64,000 nucleotides of DNA. Source: Ramazzottius varieornatus. Its lineage: Eukaryota > Animalia > Tardigrada. Each line of letters begins with the position of its first letter. Positions within the stretch are counted from its first letter, which is position 1. The notes under the pieces were generated by a model. The model saw only the letters and a program-made list of their open reading frames with translations. It did no database searches and was not told the DNA's origin. Location: positions 1,198,730 to 1,262,729 of the forward strand of contig BDGG01000007.1 in the NCBI GenBank assembly GCA_001949185.1, given 5' to 3'. The position numbers and the translations under genes were made by a program. This document shows positions 60,940 through 64,000 of the stretch, piece by piece.

Positions 60940-62106
60940 AGTCCGTACTTTAACGCAGCTGGTGCAGTGGAGCGTAGTGAACGTGCCCCCTTCCTGGTTT
61001 TCAGACCTTCGAAGACTTGTTGCCGACAAGAGACGGCTTGCCTTGTCTCTTGTCGCCGACACACTAGTTCTGGTCTTCGACTGTGAGAGAAAATCCGCTG
61101 GACCCTGTATGAGGTTCCTACCGGTTTGGCTGCACTTGTGGGATGTTCTAAATGAAGCTGCTCCTGGAGAAGCCTGGTAATGGTCAACGCATGCGTCAGT
61201 GACGGATACTTCCTGACTTGGTTCAAAGATTGCGGACGTCCGTTGGAGATGAAGTTGGTCAACTGCACCTTGATAATCGTCGAACTGATCCCTAAACTCA
61301 ACTGGAAGTCATGTGGCATAGCCGTCGAAAAGATGTCCGTTCAGCTTTCGGGAAATCACTAGGCGAATCATCGAGGTTTGGTCGCTGCGCTGTAGGAGAT
61401 CGTTTGGCCTTTCAAGAAATCGATACAGATCGATTGGGTCGTCAGGAATGCGCCGCTTCTACGTCGTTCCAAGAGACGCAGAATCCAAAAGTTCCTGTGC
61501 GATTGGTGAGTAATTCTCGAAATATGTTCGATAAAGGTGATGTGGCAAGTAAATTTACCCAGATCCTTTTCCGATGTAGCGCGCGTACAGGCACTAAACA
61601 GTGAAGATGTGCGCCACTTGAGACGAGAAACTTTGCGGGAGCGTTTTTCAGGTGGCACATGCGGTCAGTTGGTATCACCGAAATTGTGCGGCACTTGGGC
61701 GACAACCTTGTCGAGTTTCCCAAGTGGCGAACGCTTCCAACAATCCCAATGGAAATGTGCTCCGCTTGAGATTACGATCTGGCTGGATCCATTTGCCGAC
61801 GTCTCAGTGATCGTTTTTTGGATATATTTTCTGGATTTATTCACACAAAGGATTGTGATAATTTATTCTCGTAGGCACTTTGATCAAGGAGAGCCGGAAA
61901 TTTTACCTGCCAAGCACTGGTTGGATGGCATCAGGAAGATGGACAAGTTCTTGCTTGCAGTCATCGCCTGTCATCTTTTACGGAGAGTCAAGTCAGGAGA
62001 AATTTCTTCTCCACCCTACCACTTCCCGAAAGATGGTTCCTGTCGTGCTCGGCGTCAAGGCAAAGAGTCCAGTTACATTCTCTCAGGCGAACTTAAGTTT
62101 TACTAA
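60940..62106 (+). pseudogene. PB2: PB2-like relic (~aa 160-600)
   Basis: DKRRLAL..TLVLVFDCERKSAGPCMRFLPV ~ [39 protein letters not shown] ~ DPLASLLEMCHSTQI; AVEK/VRSAFGKSLGESSRFG ~ [31 protein letters not shown] ~ [19 protein letters not shown] ~ EKLTITYS. Confidence 0.72.
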
Positions 62107-62199
62107 TAGCTGTTCCGTTGTCGACGAATGAACAAAACTGAAGAATTTTTCCTGTCGGTTATTTTCTAGCTGTAAACTTCTTCCGCTTCTTTCAGCATT

Positions 62200-63130
62200 T
62201 TGACGTTGTGGTTAGTTCACCTTTAATATTCTTATCAATCGTAAATACGGGTCTTATTTAGGTTGTGGTGGTGAACCGGAAGATATTATGGTAGCAGGCC
62301 GTTGTGCTCTTGGTCCTTTTCTTTTTCAAGCTGGATTCTGACTTCTTTGGTGCATATAAGTGACCGGTTTTTGCTGTGCGACTTTCTATGTTACAAAGCA
62401 GACTCACGAGCGTAAAAGTTATGATAATTGGGCAGTACTCGCAGTGACCACAGTATTTCTACCTTCAGTCTCACACCATAGTTGAGAACAGAGAACCGGT
62501 TTTGGTGGAAGTCGAAACTTGACCAATAGATGAAATGCCATTGAAACTTTCACTACAACACTTGACAAGCGCGGCTTACCGAACAGTCATTCACAGTAGG
62601 AAGCTGCAGAAGCATATGGATGCTCTCACGATCACCGCCATGCTGAGGATCGCTCTCGTATTTTCACGCTACGATTATTAGAAATCTGTCTGCGGTTTTT
62701 ACGATGCTTAAACATACCTGTAACGCTTGAAGTTCTTTATTTGATGTACCACCGAATTTGTGTAAACCAGATCATTCTATACCTCGAATTTCCGGATCCC
62801 GATCGTCATTGGATCGTGCTGATATTTGGGCTGCGGAGAGAAATAGCCCGGATACCAAAACATCCGTCTCTCTTCCCGACGTCTTTCCTGCGATATTTTT
62901 CTGGCGATGTAACTCAAGACCTCCTAGAGAACTCCTGGTTTGTGAAACAGAAGCCGAAGTGAAGCCGACTTCCGCTTGTGACGCCATTCGGGTGAGCTAC
63001 ACAACTGTTGCCGCAGTGCGATAGAAACAGTGGTGGTGACGTCAGAGACCCAATTGGATAATGACGTAGCCCGACTGGATTTGACTGCTCGCATCATAAA
63101 GCTTATGAGCCACTATCCGGAATTTTCAGT
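62200..63130 (+). pseudogene. PB2-like relics (two fragments)
   Basis: TITAMLRIALVFSRYDY*KSV ~ [22 protein letters not shown] (62627-62690); then SLFPTS, SGGDVRD, DNDVARLDLTARII ~ VVFPNE, PGGEVRN, NDDVDQSLIIAARNI. Confidence 0.5.
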
Positions 63131-63250
63131 TTGTTTTGATCTTCATTCCTCATGTTCTTTCTTTTCCGCAGTGTCCGTTGCTGATAGTCCTCGTGGAAAT
63201 GCCTGTTTCCAGGATGATATAGCTGGATGAATCGAAAAGCCTGGAGCAAG

Positions 63251-64000
63251 ATGCATTTTTCCATCGCTGACACGGAGGAGTTGTTGGACGCGTTTGGATC
63301 AACCTACATCTCCTATCGTTTATGCTGCAACGGGACATATCACGGATCTGCGCGTTATCGAGAATTCTTCGATCTCCACGAGACACTTCGAAAAGACTAT
63401 CACACTCTACCATGTTTTCCTCCCAAGAAGCTGTTCAACCTGACGGCTGTGGAGCTATCTGGTCGACGCACAGCTCTAGAGAAGTACATGCAGAATCTCG
63501 GCCAGTCGTCAGAACTGCTCAACACTGCTGCTCTGCAAGACTTCTTACAAAGAATCCAGCTACGGTCCTGTGACAAACTTCAGCCAGGCACACACAACGT
63601 CTTTCTCCTCAATGGCAACTGCATCGAAGTCAAAGTGGATCCGAAAATTCCAGCGTCCGAACTTCTTGAAATGGTGGGAAGTTCGCATGTTGCCACAATC
63701 AATCAAATCAACTCGCCCAACTTTATTTGATTGGTTTACATGGATGGTTTACAAGTTTTGTTTGGTCTTGATTGGTTTACAAGTTTTCAGTTTCAGCCGG
63801 TGGTCTTGTGGTTACCAATTTTAACCGCTGTCAAACAAATCAAAGTCCATCTGAATAGAGATCAGGCATCATATTGGTCGTAAAACGCCATCGCGGTGCC
63901 TGATTTTTGTTTTGTCCGTTTCATCAGTGTTGTAATCTTGCATTCCCGTTTTGCAGGTTTGCCATGAAATCAAACTTCCTTCCGAGCTTACGCACTACTT
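63251..64000 (+). CDS. SNX17: Sorting nexin 17 (PX domain; partial, runs off the window)
   Basis: MHFSIADT..NGTYHGSARY..LHETL..FPPKKLF..RRTALEKYMQ..VFLLNG; exon 63251-63672, next exon from ~63957. Confidence 0.88.

Noticed and set aside
1-64000. CRISPR arrays, rRNA, tRNA, operons; PB1, PA or NP relics
   Set aside because: Eukaryotic sequence; none recognised by eye (weak PB1/PA/NP relics cannot be excluded without a search).

Overview
Compact eukaryotic (animal) genomic DNA with short GT-AG introns and one assembly gap (19287-19392). Gene density and a lineage-type ANF-receptor-like gene suggest a tardigrade; this is an inference. Host genes: RING-TM protein, CCDC191-like, a small secreted 6-Cys peptide, an LRR + C-type lectin protein, a truncated ANF-receptor-like gene, squalene synthase (FDFT1), GATA4/5/6, a tandem CCCH (ZFP36-like) protein, ZFAND5/6, an MS4A-like tetraspan, chordin-like (CHRDL), PPP2R3C, a secreted Thr-rich protein and SNX17 (partial). 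Mobile DNA: a LINE RT fragment, a Tc1 transposase, an hAT MITE, a large foldback element and nested MITEs. Main discovery: much of the apparently non-coding intergenic and intronic DNA translates, across stops and frameshifts, into colinear remnants of one protein resembling the orthomyxovirus (influenza-like) polymerase subunit PB2. About 30 mutually divergent, intronless relics lie on both strands, including a near full-length copy at 53406-55400. No PB1, PA or NP relics were noticed. The PB2 alignments were made by eye against the influenza A PB2 sequence recalled from memory and need HMM or tBLASTn confirmation; the short relics are individually uncertain.
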